This document shows positions 1 to 12,100 of a stretch of DNA of 64,000 nucleotides, one piece after another. The notes below the pieces were generated by a model. It was not told where the DNA came from. It was given only the letters and a program-made list of their open reading frames with translations, and did not search any database. The stretch comes from Lophium mytilinum (taxonomy: Eukaryota), in contig MU004182.1 of assembly GCA_010093605.1 (NCBI GenBank), positions 777,032 to 841,031 on the forward strand, read 5' to 3'. The stretch's first letter is position 1. The number at the start of each line of letters is the position of its first letter. The position numbers and the translations under genes are program-made.

Positions 1-83
1 ATCACTATTTACTAACTACATCGCTAGTTAGTTGTCCCTCCAAAGCATATATGCAGAAGACTCCCAGGCAATACACAGCCATC

Positions 84-896
84 ATGCCCAACGAACCCTC
101 TTATGTCCATGGCCATCATTCCTCCGTCCTACGCTCCCACTCCTGGCGAACTGTAGAGAACTCCTGCCCACACCTACTGCCTCACATGCGACCGGATGCG
201 AAGATACTCGACGTAGGATGTGGGCCTGGCACCATCACCTGTGACCTCGCACAACGCGTCCCACAGGGCAGCGTCATCGGAGTCGACATGTCCGTCGATG
301 TGCTCAAAGGTGCCGAGAAGCTTGCTACAGAGCAAAATCTCAAAAATCTGAGCTTCACGACTGGCAACATCTACAGTCTGGACTATCCAGACGCCAGTTT
401 CGATATCGTCCACGTGCACCAGGTGCTCCAGCATATCGATGACCCAGTACGTGGGATGCGTGAGCTACGTAGGGTCACAAAGCCTGGAGGGCTGGTGGCG
501 TGTCGTGATGTCGACTATGCCGCTACTCTGTGGTACCCAGAGACACTTGGCTTGAAGAAGTGGTGCGAGCTGTATCAGACTGTTGCCAAGAGCACAGGAG
601 GCGATCCGAACATCGGACGTCGACTTCACGCCGTTGCTCGTGAGGCAGGCTTCCAGCGGGACCAGATCGATTCTACTGTTGGAACATGGTGTTTCAGCAC
701 ACAAGAAGAGCTAGATTTCTGGTGCAACATGTGGGCGGACCGGATGCTGAATAGCGAGTTTAAGGTAAAGGCTAAGCAGGGTGGGTTTGCAACCGACGAC
801 AAGTTGGAGCGGTTCGCCCAAATATGGAGATCATTCGCCCAGGAAAAGGACGGCTGGTGTACACTTATCCATGGGCAGCTCATCTGCCGAGTCTAG
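84..896 (+). CDS. Class I SAM-dependent methyltransferase (UbiE/Methyltransf_31-like)
   Basis: Single-exon ORF with SAM motif I ILDVGCGPG and downstream FDIVHVHQVLQH. The ATG at 84 (MPNEPSY) is preferred; an upstream in-frame ATG lies at 51. Confidence 0.9.
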   Translation: MPNEPSYVHGHHSSVLRSHSWRTVENSCPHLLPHMRPDAKILDVGCGPGTITCDLAQRVPQGSVIGVDMSVDVLKGAEKLATEQNLKNLSFTTGNIYSLDYPDASFDIVHVHQVLQHIDDPVRGMRELRRVTKPGGLVACRDVDYAATLWYPETLGLKKWCELYQTVAKSTGGDPNIGRRLHAVAREAGFQRDQIDSTVGTWCFSTQEELDFWCNMWADRMLNSEFKVKAKQGGFATDDKLERFAQIWRSFAQEKDGWCTLIHGQLICRV

Positions 897-920
897 GTAA
901 GTGTGAAATAGTACCTAATA

Positions 921-2091
921 TTACAATGCAAGCTTGTAAATCAGTTTCTTTCCGCTCACTTTCCCTTCCTTCATCTCCATTATTCCTCCGAATACACCCT
1001 CCAGCCCTCCCTCCCTCACATCCATCCTGTGAATCTTGATCTTCCCATCTGCGATGAGCCTTTCGGCTACTTTGCACCACATTTTCATAAACTCGAAATC
1101 CTCCTCAATGGCCTCGAAGGTCTCTCCCGCAATCTCAAACTCCCGGCCTAGTCCTGTGTATCCGAGATTGAAGCTCACCTCCACATCATTTCTGGGAGAG
1201 AAAGTATCAGTGGTGATCGAACCATACCAAAGTTTGCTCCCATCTGGCTTGGCAGAGTCCGAGAATGCTTCTGCGCAGATCTTTGCTACTTCGTCTCCAC
1301 CAATGGTATCCCAAATGTCGTAAAGCTGGTTATGCGTATACGCTCGAATCTCTGCGCCACACCCCGGCGCCCTGTAGTCAAAAGCCGCCAACGCACCGAG
1401 TTCCTTGACATACTCAAAATTCCTCGGATGGCACGTAGTAATCACCTCAAAGCCAGACCTCACCCCAAAGTCAGTAAACCTCTCCAACAAAAACTCTCCT
1501 AACGGCGCAAACTCACATCTTCGCAAACTGAATCCCATACGCCCCCATCCCCGAACTACCTCCATAAACCAGCATCCACGGCTTCTTCTTCTTCTTCTCC
1601 CCACCCTCCCCTTCCCCCTTCTCCCCCAACCCCACCAACGACAACCCCTTCTTCTGATAAAACGCCTGCCCCACCGTCAACATCGCCACCCCGAGCCCCG
1701 CCCCCTCCTCCCAGCTCATCGCCGCCGGCAGCCTCATCACCAGCCCGTCGCGCGCAACCACGTACTCGGCGAACGCGCCGCTGGTGGGATCCGTGCTGTT
1801 CGCGCCGTGCACGACGCCGAACACGCGGTCGCCGATTTGGGCGGCGTCGACGCCTGCGCCGACGGCGGTGATGATGCCGGCGTAGTCGCAGCCGATCGTG
1901 CTGCCTATGGGGCCGAGGCCGAGGGCGGGGTTGTCGATGTGCTGGTTCCAGTCGGTGGGGTTGAGGGCGACGGTGTGGGTGCGGATGAGGAGGTGGCCTG
2001 GGGGAAGAGGGGGGAGGGGGGTGGTGGTGACGGCGGCGTGGGAGGGGGAGAGGATTTTGAGGGCGTGCATGGTTGGGGGGAGGGAGGGCAT
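921..2091 (-). CDS. Medium-chain dehydrogenase/reductase, trans-enoyl reductase-like (LovC/ToxD type)
   Basis: Two exons, 2091-1517 and 1458-921, with intron 1459-1516 (GTGAG...TACTGAC...GAG). Motifs ALNPTDW, GCDYAG, GAFAEY, LVYGGSSGMG and C-terminal GKVSGKKLIY. Confidence 0.88.
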
Positions 2092-2535
2092 GGTGGGGAG
2101 GTAGGTTGGGGGGGTTGGATTGGGATGGATGGGATTTAGGGAAGGTGGGTGGAGGGCAAGTGTGGGCAATGGGGAACCATGAAGTGATGTTGTTCGGAGT
2201 GCTGGTAGTTTAGTTTGCAAGAGGAATAAAGCTTAAGTAGTTAAATGAATCGAGTGTGGTGTTGTTGGATTGGAATAGTCAGCAAGATGGATTGGTAATA
2301 TGTGTATACCACAAAGGGAATCCGCTCCGAATCTGCACGCAAAGTCTGCAGACTAGTCTCGAAAGAACGTAATTGTAGGGTTGGTATCTCTGCATGCCGC
2401 CTCTCAAGCAAATTACCTCTCCGTGACTCCATCCACCCACTCATGAATCTGCAACTGGTATCATAGCTCAAGGTCCGTCGTCATCTTCGTTCGTTGGCGT
2501 CAGCAGGGATGCATCCGCAGGCTATTGGAGCTTGT

Positions 2536-2721
2536 CTAGACGGGGCAGGTCTTTAGATAGTGTTAGTGCACGTTAAAGCAAAGAGCAGGCTTTTATGTGT
2601 AGTAGAAAGTACTCACAGCACCGCAAGAGCCGCAAGCCTTGTTGTCACCGCTGATGGACGCGCCGCACTTCGGGCAGGAAGAGTTATGGCTGTTGACGGG
2701 AGTCATGATGGTAGTAGACAT
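2536..2721 (-). CDS. 39-aa zinc-ribbon-like microprotein MSTTIMTPVNSHNSSCPKCGASISGDNKACGSCGATCPV
   Basis: Exon 1 is 2721-2617; phase-0 intron 2551-2616 (GTGAGT...CTAAC...AAG); exon 2 is 2550-2536 ending TAG. Start context CAAC-ATG; pattern CPKC-x10-CGSC. Too short for the ORF track. Confidence 0.72.
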
Positions 2722-4237
2722 GTTGAGCTGAGTTCAGTGGAGTTGCTGACTTTGTTGGAAGCTGTTTGGACGTTTGGAAGTGTCTTGGTGGTGAAGTGTT
2801 GTGGTCGTGAGAAACGGAGTGAGGGGTGGCGGGGTATAGGTACGGGCTGAAACTGCCTAGTAACGGGCACGTGCCAGCTGATCTATCTCTTGAGAGTAGC
2901 CTGGGAGGAAACGATTGGTGATCTGTGAGAGTCTCATGCCTCTTTCGCTTTAACGTGGTGTCTTACGCTCGATTCGGGATAACCATCTGACTTGCATCTG
3001 ACCAATCATGTGTTGCCTTATGTCGGATTGGATGCACGTGACATCGGCACTGAGAGTGAACGGTCGTCTTCCACTAAGCCTTGGATTTCAATGGGGCGAT
3101 AAATTCCAGCTGCATGGGTGTATCTTCTCCAAGATGTTAGTCAATGATTCCATGTTCGAGAGATAGAGCTGGTAGATTCACCTTCGTCGTAAACCCAGAT
3201 ACAGCCTCCCCACATCAAACTCAACCACCATCTCTCGGCTGAGGCTTAAGACAAATAAGACGACTAAGAAAGGCAGTCACCCTCTTCCACGATATCTTCG
3301 ACATTCTAACGTATGATACAAAAAAATGATACACAAAAGCTTTCCTTTATGCCCAGCTTCCCCCAACCCACGGCATCGCAACCTTCAAGTACTCGCACAA
3401 CCACCATCTGACCTACCTATCCACCTCCTAGCCTGCCTTCTTCGGGCTTCAAAACCCTCAGCTCAGGCACATAAAAGAGTGGCGCAGCCAACACCGCCTC
3501 CCACGGCCGAAATTGCAGCTTCCACCCTTCAACGAGGCTGGACGGTTGCATCCAAGCACGTCAAGCCTTCCCAACGGTGCGCTTCTAGCATGTTTGTTCA
3601 GCGCGCTGGCGTCATACTCGTGTTTGCGGGTCCCTGGCCCCACTGGGCCGTTGGAAGCGATTGAGCTAATCGCAAGGCTGAAACATTTCGATGCAATTTT
3701 TGCCTGCATCGGGTTGGGGAGGGCGTGTGGGGGCTAAGGTGTTTCTGGATTGGGGAGAGTGTAAATGTGTGATCCGAGGTTGGAGAAATGCGAGCTAGAG
3801 CTAGTGGGCAGATGTGATTGAGTTTGACCGGATGGCGCAGGGGTGGGGAGGTGCTTGGGAACGGGTTGGAAGCGGAGGATGGCCGGATTGGGTAGCTGAG
3901 TCATGGTGTTGCTATGTGTGCATGGGACGAGGCTGGATAACCTGGGTGCTGGGAATTTTACCATAGTGGCGGTGCTAGGTGGGGGCCTTTTTCTTATACT
4001 GCAGCCTCGTCGCCAGGCTGGAGTAGACTTCATAATTGGACGGGCGTGTCTGCATAATGCTATTTATTGATAGAAAGGTACGCTTCCATGTGAAATTTCC
4101 GGAGATGAAGCTACGGCTCACCAAAGTTTTGAGCTTTCGGGGTTTTGTAGCCTTTCTCACACGAAGCTAAACAAGGCTACGGCTTACAACTCTCCTGTAA
4201 ATTGCGCTCTTGAGCTTTCGGATATGTTCATCACTTC

Positions 4238-6174
4238 TTACACGAAGCTGACAAAAGGCAGCCCGATCTTCTCTTCAATGTATTCCATTGCCTCCACCAC
4301 CTTCTCGTCCTCATACCTGCGGCCAACGAGCTGCAGACTGACCGGAGCATTTGCGTAAGTCGAGGGTTTGTCTGCGATTAATACTATTAGCGCTAGCTCC
4401 AAGGGGGCATTGATAGTATGGAGAACACTTACAAAGTTCATAGTTGTACTTGTCGTCATCATTTCTTGGGTGATATCCTTCCTCAATCAAATCAACTTCC
4501 GGATCTACCTTCGTCACTGGAAACACAAGTGCTGGATAATCGAGTAAATTCCACTGCGATGTGTATCCCCAGTACCTCGCACAGTCCAAGGGAGGCGCCG
4601 CACCGGGTCCTACCGGGCAGAGGATCACATCTACATCTCCCCACAGCTTGGCATACTCGGCCTTGTATGCTTCACGCTTCACGGTCCAGTCCCAGAGCTC
4701 GCGCACAGAGTGGTGCTTCACGTTGGGATTATCGGTGAGGATGAAGCGGGACAGCGGACGCCATGGCTCGCCGGATGCCTCGATCGCAGCGGATTCCTCC
4801 GCTCCTCCGTCGCAGAAGTAGAGAGAGGATATGATGGTCCAGGCTTCGTCGTGAGCGTAAGGGGTCCAAGGAACGACCTCGATATCCGGAATTGCCTTGA
4901 GCTTGTCGACTACTGTAGAGATGGCGCGGAGAATTGGAGGGTGTGGTTTGACGATGCCATCGTCACTCAGCACCGCGATCTTGAGCTTCTTACCACCGGT
5001 GGGAGTGGACGGTAGCTGAGACTCTGTGTTCCAAAAAATCGGCAGCAGACTGGGTTCCCGAAGCCATGGTTTCGCATCGATGAGCGTCTTCATGAAGAGT
5101 TTCACGCCTCCGAGGCTTGTAGACAGCGGGCCAACAACGGGGACCACTTGCTCTTGTCCTAACATAGTTGCAGCAAAATCCCCATTGGGCAGCCGATAGC
5201 TAGTTGGGCGTAGACCGTAGACGCCACAGTTGGCGGCAGGCGACCGAATGGAACCACCAATGTCAGTGCCGATCCCCAAGCAGCTTCCACGAAGACCAAC
5301 TAGGGCGCCCTCGCCGCCGGAAGAGCCACCAGACGTCAGAAGTCGGTTGAATGGATTGACCGTTACGCCATAGAAATTAGAGGACGTCTCCAAATGCATC
5401 AGAGCTCCAGTGAGTTAGTACAACTCACGACAATAAGCAGTCAAGGAAGTCTTACTTTGCGGTTGCGTAGTACGAACGTAGAGCACTGCTCCTGCAGCCA
5501 GCAGTATATCCAGGATGTGAGCATTTGAAACAGCAGTTTGAGCATGCCAAGAGATAAAACCAGCGTTGAGGCTGAGGCATTCCATGCCAATGTGCTCCTT
5601 CACGGATATCGGAAGGCCATGAAGCGGCCCAATTGGTTTTTTGTTCGTAGAAAGATACTCGTCAAGATACTTCGCACGGGCTAGAGCCGCTGCGGGTAAC
5701 AGCTCGGTAATACAGTTTGTCTGGAAACCGTATCGTAAGCCATTTTTCATTCGTCACTTCTGACTTGGTAAGATGTCGTACCAGATTTTGGGCCAAACCC
5801 GCTCTTCTCAGAAATGCCGTCGTAACTTGGACTGAGGTGAGGTCCCCGCTCGCCATCTTAGCGACTAGAATCTCGGGGGCAGCCTCTGTGATAGCAATAA
5901 TATCTTCGGAAAAAATCCTCTTTGGTATGTGTGACACATCTTGAGGTATCTCCCAAGGAATCGTTGGCAGAGGGGGTTCCAGTGCCGCAATAGAAGCGTC
6001 CCGGTGACTCTGGGCTGTCTTTGCAATCTCCTGCCATGTTGGACCGGGAACTTTACCTCGTCGGGGTAAAGGCAATTGAGAAGGAGAGACTAGACTCGAA
6101 TGAAGACGGGAGTAGAAATCATGGGAAAGGTCTGTTATGGAAGAAACTAGGGAGCTGAAGCTGGAGGTGGACAT
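4238..6174 (-). CDS. Amidase signature family protein (acetamidase/general amidase-like)
   Basis: Four exons with introns at about 5721-5779, 5405-5455 and 4372-4432. Motifs GPLHGLPISVKE, GGSSGGEGAL, GIGTDIGGSIRSPA and YTSQWNLLDYP. Confidence 0.92.
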
Positions 6175-7544
6175 TTTTGAGAAGGCTCGATGGCCTAGAC
6201 TGTTGGCCGAGTGAGGGGAGCTTGGTGGATGATTGGGCCGGGATAATTCGAGGCGTGCATGAAACTAAAGACCGTTATCGAGGCTTTAGTATGGTGGCTT
6301 GACAGACTGCTGTCTCTTCATCAGCTGCAATGAGACTGTGTAGTCTATATCCTCTTTCTTTTGGAGGTCCACAGAGAAGAGGGGAAGAAACAAGTCGCAA
6401 GATAAGGCTAATCGATGAATGGGGTCCACTAATGCAGCTTCCGGATTACAAAAAACCCACTTTGCAGAAAAAGCATTGTTCAGAAAGGAATAGAAAGTGG
6501 GGACTGTGTAAGCTGAGACTCCATGGCTATCAGCATTAAATAACATCGCTAACAGCGTCATTTTGAAGGCCAGGCAACTTGCACGAACGAGACGTCTGTT
6601 GAAGTAGCCTCACGGACGTGATGAGAAGTCGGCGTGCTGGCGTAGAATTAGGCCTCCTGCAGTTTCCCGGACAGCGGGCACTAGGCGGATCCCGGATCGA
6701 ATCAATCTCATGCCCAAAAATCCCCCGACATCGTTTCATCCAAAGCTCCTTCACTCGTCATCTCTATCTCCACCATTTTATCATTTTCAACCATCTGGCC
6801 CGCTCGCTCCTCAGCGCGGTAAAATTCTTTCATCTAAACCACAAGCCAAACTAAATCGCCTTTGGCCAAGCTATACTCAGCTAATCAATGCCCTCACAGA
6901 GGGCAAAGTGGCCGTAGTCATCTTCATCCGTTTGTTTGTACCGTGTAAGGAGCTGTTAAGTTCATTGCTTGAGGTTCTGTTTCATGTCTTCCTACGCCTC
7001 GTAACTATCTACACCGTAAACAGCAAACGGGAAACTGCCGGCTTGAGTCACGTTTTCGTTCAGGCCAGCCCGTTTTATTCTACCGTGACCAAGGCCACAC
7101 TCACCATCGAGTCATGTGGTGACAATAGGACCGAGGCGGCCCAGTAGCGATGAATGCCCAAGAAGCTCGAAGCTGGACCCTCTTTCACTAAAATCCCGGG
7201 TTGCCCGTTCAGGACATCCGCACCCCGCATCGACGGTGGCGGTTGGTCGTGGGCTGGAGAGCTTCATCACCAATGCTTCTTGAGGGGTTTGTCTGTTTGT
7301 GGCCTTGGTTACAGCCGCCGTTCGTGTCGTCGGCCTACTTGCTCCCGACCTACTCTTGATTGTTCTCTCCTCACTCTGCACACTCTTCCCTTGAATTGAC
7401 ACATTCCTGTTCAAAATTTCTTGATATCCGCGCGTCATTGCTCAGTCATTGCTTGTTGTAGTCTCATAGCTGTCTATTACTTCCACTGGAGTTCGTGGCC
7501 TTTTGTCTCTCAGCTGCTTCTAGTCTCCTCCGAAGGTCTAAAAT

Positions 7545-8708
7545 ATGGTCATGGCATCACCGATGCGTTTTTTGTCTTGTTCCGGACGGCGTTTGCTACG
7601 TGCTCGCGTGGCTAGCAGGGTGATCTGGCAGCCAAGTGCTGCCATTGCTACTCGAACTTTCGCCACTACTTTCAAGAGAGATGCATCCTCTCCGCCAGAT
7701 GCGCCACCTGCGGATATTGCATCAAGCGCAACAGCCTTTCTTGGCACGAAGAAGCGGCTTCCCGAATTCAATTTGACAGACAAAGTCATCATTGTCACTG
7801 GTGCAGCTCGAGGACTTGGTCTTACACAAGCACAAGCACTTCTTGAAGCGGGAGCTACTGGTACTGATATACCCGCGCGCGCTGGTCGATGCATGGACTA
7901 AATAGCTAACACCCCCAGTGTATGCTCTCGACCGGCTACCAGAGCCTTCTCCGGACTTTCACACGATTGCGGAGCGTGCAAAAAAGGAACTCGGCACTTC
8001 CCTACACTACCGTCAAATAGATGTACGCGATGTGCCAGACTTGAACAAGGTCGTTGACGCTATTGCCGAAAAGCATGGCCGGCTTGATGGGCTGGTCGCT
8101 GCTGCAGGCATCCAACAAGAAACCCCAGCGCTAGAGTACTCGGCAGAAGATGCAAACAGGATGTATCAGGTCAATTGCACAGGCGTCTTTATGACGGCTC
8201 AAGCAGTCGCGAAGAACATGATCAAGCTTAAGCAAAGCGGGAGCATCGCCTTCATTGCGTCGATGAGTGCGCACGTTGCCAACAGGGTAAGTGTCAAGAG
8301 CACTGGAAGCTGAAGAGAGCAAATCTGACAGCATCTATAAGGGGCTCATCTGCGCTGCGTACAACTCTAGCAAGGCGGGAGTTTTGCAGCTCTCGCGAAA
8401 CCTCGCATCTGAATGGGGCATGCATGGAATCCGCGTCAACACCATCTCTCCCGGGTACATTGTAACAGCGATGGTGGAGGAGCTATTCAAACAGTACCCA
8501 GAGCGCAAGGAGGAGTGGCCAAAGCAGAACATGCTCGGACGCCTCTCCTCGCCGGAGGAATACAGGGGAGCTGCTGTGTTCTTGATGAGTGATGCTAGTA
8601 GCTTCATGGTGAGTTCAACACCTTCGATACTTGCTGTACCAAGAGCTAACTGTGCCTCGATAGACTGCTAGCGATATGAAGATTGATGGAGGCCACTCGT
8701 CGTGGTAG
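7545..8708 (+). CDS. Short-chain dehydrogenase/reductase (D-arabinitol dehydrogenase/sugar-alcohol reductase-like) with a probable mitochondrial presequence
   Basis: Exons 7545-7860, 7919-8286, 8342-8608 and 8664-8708. Motifs TGAARGLG, YNSSK (YxxxK), IRVNTISPGY and MKIDGG. The N-terminus is Arg/Ser/Ala-rich. Confidence 0.9.
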
Positions 8709-8880
8709 AATAAGGATAGCCTGCAGCGGTCAAGGAACGGATTTGCTATGTGAAAGATGAAAGTCGCATATTTCACTGTAGAATGCGCGTGACTCAATAG
8801 ATACAGCAAACAACAAAAAGTCAGCAAGACCCTGATACGTTTTCAACCAGTGACTCGAGCTCCGTGAATAGTTGGAAGAA

Positions 8881-8932
8881 CACGTGAATCTGTGGGGCAC
8901 TTTGACACGCCTGACACGTGTCGGGGCACTTT
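8881..8932. promoter_or_regulatory. Candidate promoter element cluster: two CACGTG E-boxes interleaved with a duplicated GGGGCACTTT
   Basis: CACGTG at 8881 and 8915 and two copies of GGGGCACTTT, about 250 bp upstream of the ATG at 9152. Function is inferred only. Confidence 0.3.
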
Positions 8933-9151
8933 AGCGTGCCATGCCTCACTCGTAGGGCTGACAGGGGTTCGCTCCGAAGTATCGCCGTGCTTCCTCATCC
9001 TCCAGGCGCGACTTCATCCTCCACTATTCTGCCTTCCTCCAACATGCCTGGCCGGTAGGGAGTAGCACTTGGAGCTTCGAGCTCGCTCTCAGCATACTTC
9101 ACGCCATCCACCTCGACTCTTTAGTACGCGCTGATTTGGCCTCCAGCTCCC

Positions 9152-12100
9152 ATGGCGAACTATACATCCTCGCTGTCCCGCCATCGCCCAGTGGTCCTCA
9201 CTGTGACAGGCCTTCTGGCAGCCGCCACAGTTTTCTACCTTTACAGCACCCTTCAAACTCCTCCTGCCGGTGGCCTGCATAGAAGCAATGCAGTGCGACG
9301 CCCACCTCGCCGCCAGCTGCAGCGCCGAACAACACGTCCCGACTACACAAACGCCCAAGAGCTCGATCGCATCATCCCCGACGCTGTCTCTCATATAGGG
9401 TCGATCCAATTCCTTGGGTCTATGGTCGCCCTGAACGACATGCTTCCTTCCGAGGCAGAGCTTCGCCGCATTGCCGGACCAGAGCGCAATTCCGACGATG
9501 TTGCCGTTGCAATTGAATCCTTCTACGAAACCTTCATCATACGCCTCCTACACCGTATATTTCCCGGGCGGGCATTGCTACCGGAAGAGAGGCCGAACTT
9601 CGTCGCTGCGATGCAAAGTATGAACCTCGAAACCAGAACCATAGTGCACGCGTTTAGACAGCACGACATTGCCCGTGAGATGGCCGATCGGGCCCAGGAA
9701 GTCAATGACAACGAGAGCATTGCTGGCACAGAAGTATCATGGCACACCTCCCACGAATCTGGCGAGGAACAGATATCAGGCGACGGCCAAACTCTTCGGA
9801 AGACTCTATACCACATCGCCGAGGAGAGAGCGCGGCAAGAAGGAGTGAAGCATCGGGGCGTGAGCTGCGATCAGTGCGATGCTAAGCCAATCCGGGGGAT
9901 TCGCTGGCGATGCGCCAATTGCGCCGATTTCGACCTATGCTCCGATTGCGAGGCTACTAACAATCACTCCAAAACGCACATTTTCTACAAGATTCGAATC
10001 CCTGCTCCTTATCTCGGCTTACCCAAACAAGCTCCAGTGTACCCAGGCAGGCCGAATATGATGTCTCCATCCATAGATTCAGGGATCAAGAGGCGCCTTA
10101 TTACCGAGACCAACATCGAGGCCGAGGAAATAGAAGCCCTGTGGGACCAATTCACTTGTCTCGCGGACACTGAGTGGAGGGATGACCCGAGTAGTGTTGG
10201 GTGGGCCATTGACCGGCGGTCTTTCAACCAAGCCTTTATCCCCCGCTACTCAACTTTCATCTCGGCTCCAAACCTTATATACGACCGGGTGTTTGCTTAC
10301 TACGACTCCAACAACGATGGGAAGATTGGATATGACGAGTTTGTCAGGGGCCTTGACGGGATGCACTCTTCTAAGCCCGAGATAAAATTACGGATCGTCT
10401 TCAACGGCTACGATATAGATGGTGATGGCTACATATCGAGAAAAGACGTCCTGAGGCTCTTTAGGGCATACTATGCAATCGAAAAGGAAGGTACTCGTAA
10501 CTATATCGCAGAAAGCACGGACGAGCTGTCTGTCGCTGGAGCGCTAGATGTTATTCATTCTGGCCAACCCTTGGCCTCACAATTCACGCAGAGTACCCAA
10601 AGCTCGGCAACGAGCGCGCACAATCAACGGCTTCATGAAAAAGTACCAGATCAATTCGGAGACTTGAGGAGCCCATCTCATGGAGCTGTCCTTGATGACA
10701 CTGACGACACTGCACCTCGAGAGGATGTCTTGGGCATTGCGACGTCATCTCCTCAGCCTAGGGACACGGAAAATCGACATCTATCCGACTCGCCGGAAGA
10801 GCCGCGCCCGGATCCGATCGCTGAAAGATGGCGACGCAGACGATTTTATATCGATGAAGAGGAGGGTCTTAATGAACCGGACGGTCACTCTGGAAGTGAA
10901 GAGCTCAGCGATGTGGACGAACCCATCGAGGCCAGTTCCAATGGCCACCCAGAGTCGAATGGAACCAATCTCCCAAGAGGCTCACGCTCGTCGTCTAGAG
11001 TTCGCTTCCAAGAAGATCTAGATGTGGAGACTCGCTCTAATGCTTCGACTTCATCGCGCCCTTTCGGTGAACGATGGGGTGGCTATGAAATTCCAGAACC
11101 CGAGAAGGATCTTGGAAAGGAGCTTCTTTACCAGATAACTCAACAGGCTTTCAACGAAATGCTCAACCCCTTGTTCCTTGACAAGGAGGATCTCGCTATG
11201 GCCGCCTATGACACCAAACAAGAACGACGCCAACATAGGTCCGAACTGGACGGTATTACGGCTACATTCGAAACCGAAACGCAGATGAGTGTCAATGAAA
11301 TTATCTGGATGCACACTTCGTACGGATATAGCATCCGTATGGTGGAGTTGATTGTCGCGACTGGCTGTCCACGCTTTCTTCAAGAATTGAAAGATGGGAA
11401 GCATACCCACGATTCTGCTGAAGCGGAAATACGGAAGATTGTTTCGAGTGTAGAGATTCAAATGGTTGATAGTTCACAATCGTCTGAGTATAAATACCGG
11501 CCGACTTCACAGCAGCTTTGGAATGCCAAACTTTGGCGTATCCAGTTCTTATACGAGCTTAGTACAACACTGCTCGATATGTTTGCCGAATGCGGGTGGA
11601 TCGAAAAGGTTGAGTCCAGTCGCGTCCTGAAAGAAGTGGAAAACATGAATGGCGGCCCAAAACATACCAAGCTGGAAGTCAAGAACGTATCGTCCGCGCC
11701 AACTGTGCAACCTGCTAGCAACATCTCCGCTTCTGTACAGCAGCCGTATCGGGATGTTACGATGCCCCAATTCCGCCCTAATAGCCTGGAATCCGAACGA
11801 GCTCCTCAGCTTCAGGTCCTTATCAACAATGAGCAGTCGTATCGGGATCCTACCCTGCCTCAGTTCCGCCCCAACAACTTAGCGGACATCGATATCACTA
11901 CCCCAATCAGACCCGGGTCACCTCTCCCGAGCTCCACTGAAAGCCCTCTCACCCCACTGTCTCAGCAATCTCAGTACACCACTCCAGACGACGATGACGG
12001 CAGCTCTTACACAGACGGCAACACTGAGTTCATCTATCAGATGGACAAAGGCCCCATTTTCTTCTACCCGCATTCCTTCATCATTAGCGATTCCAACAAA

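Noticed and set aside
1405..2139. 244-aa plus-strand ORF and similar antisense ORFs (13044-13898, 13331-13942, 27418-27948)
   Set aside because: Shadows of real genes on the opposite strand.
3326..4160. Short ORFs between the microprotein and the amidase
   Set aside because: No coherent frame, splice pattern or motif; the composition is explained by local skew.
84..8708. Methyltransferase, enoyl reductase, amidase and SDR as a secondary-metabolite cluster
   Set aside because: No PKS, NRPS, terpene synthase, transporter or cluster regulator in the window; a cluster extending left of position 1 cannot be excluded.
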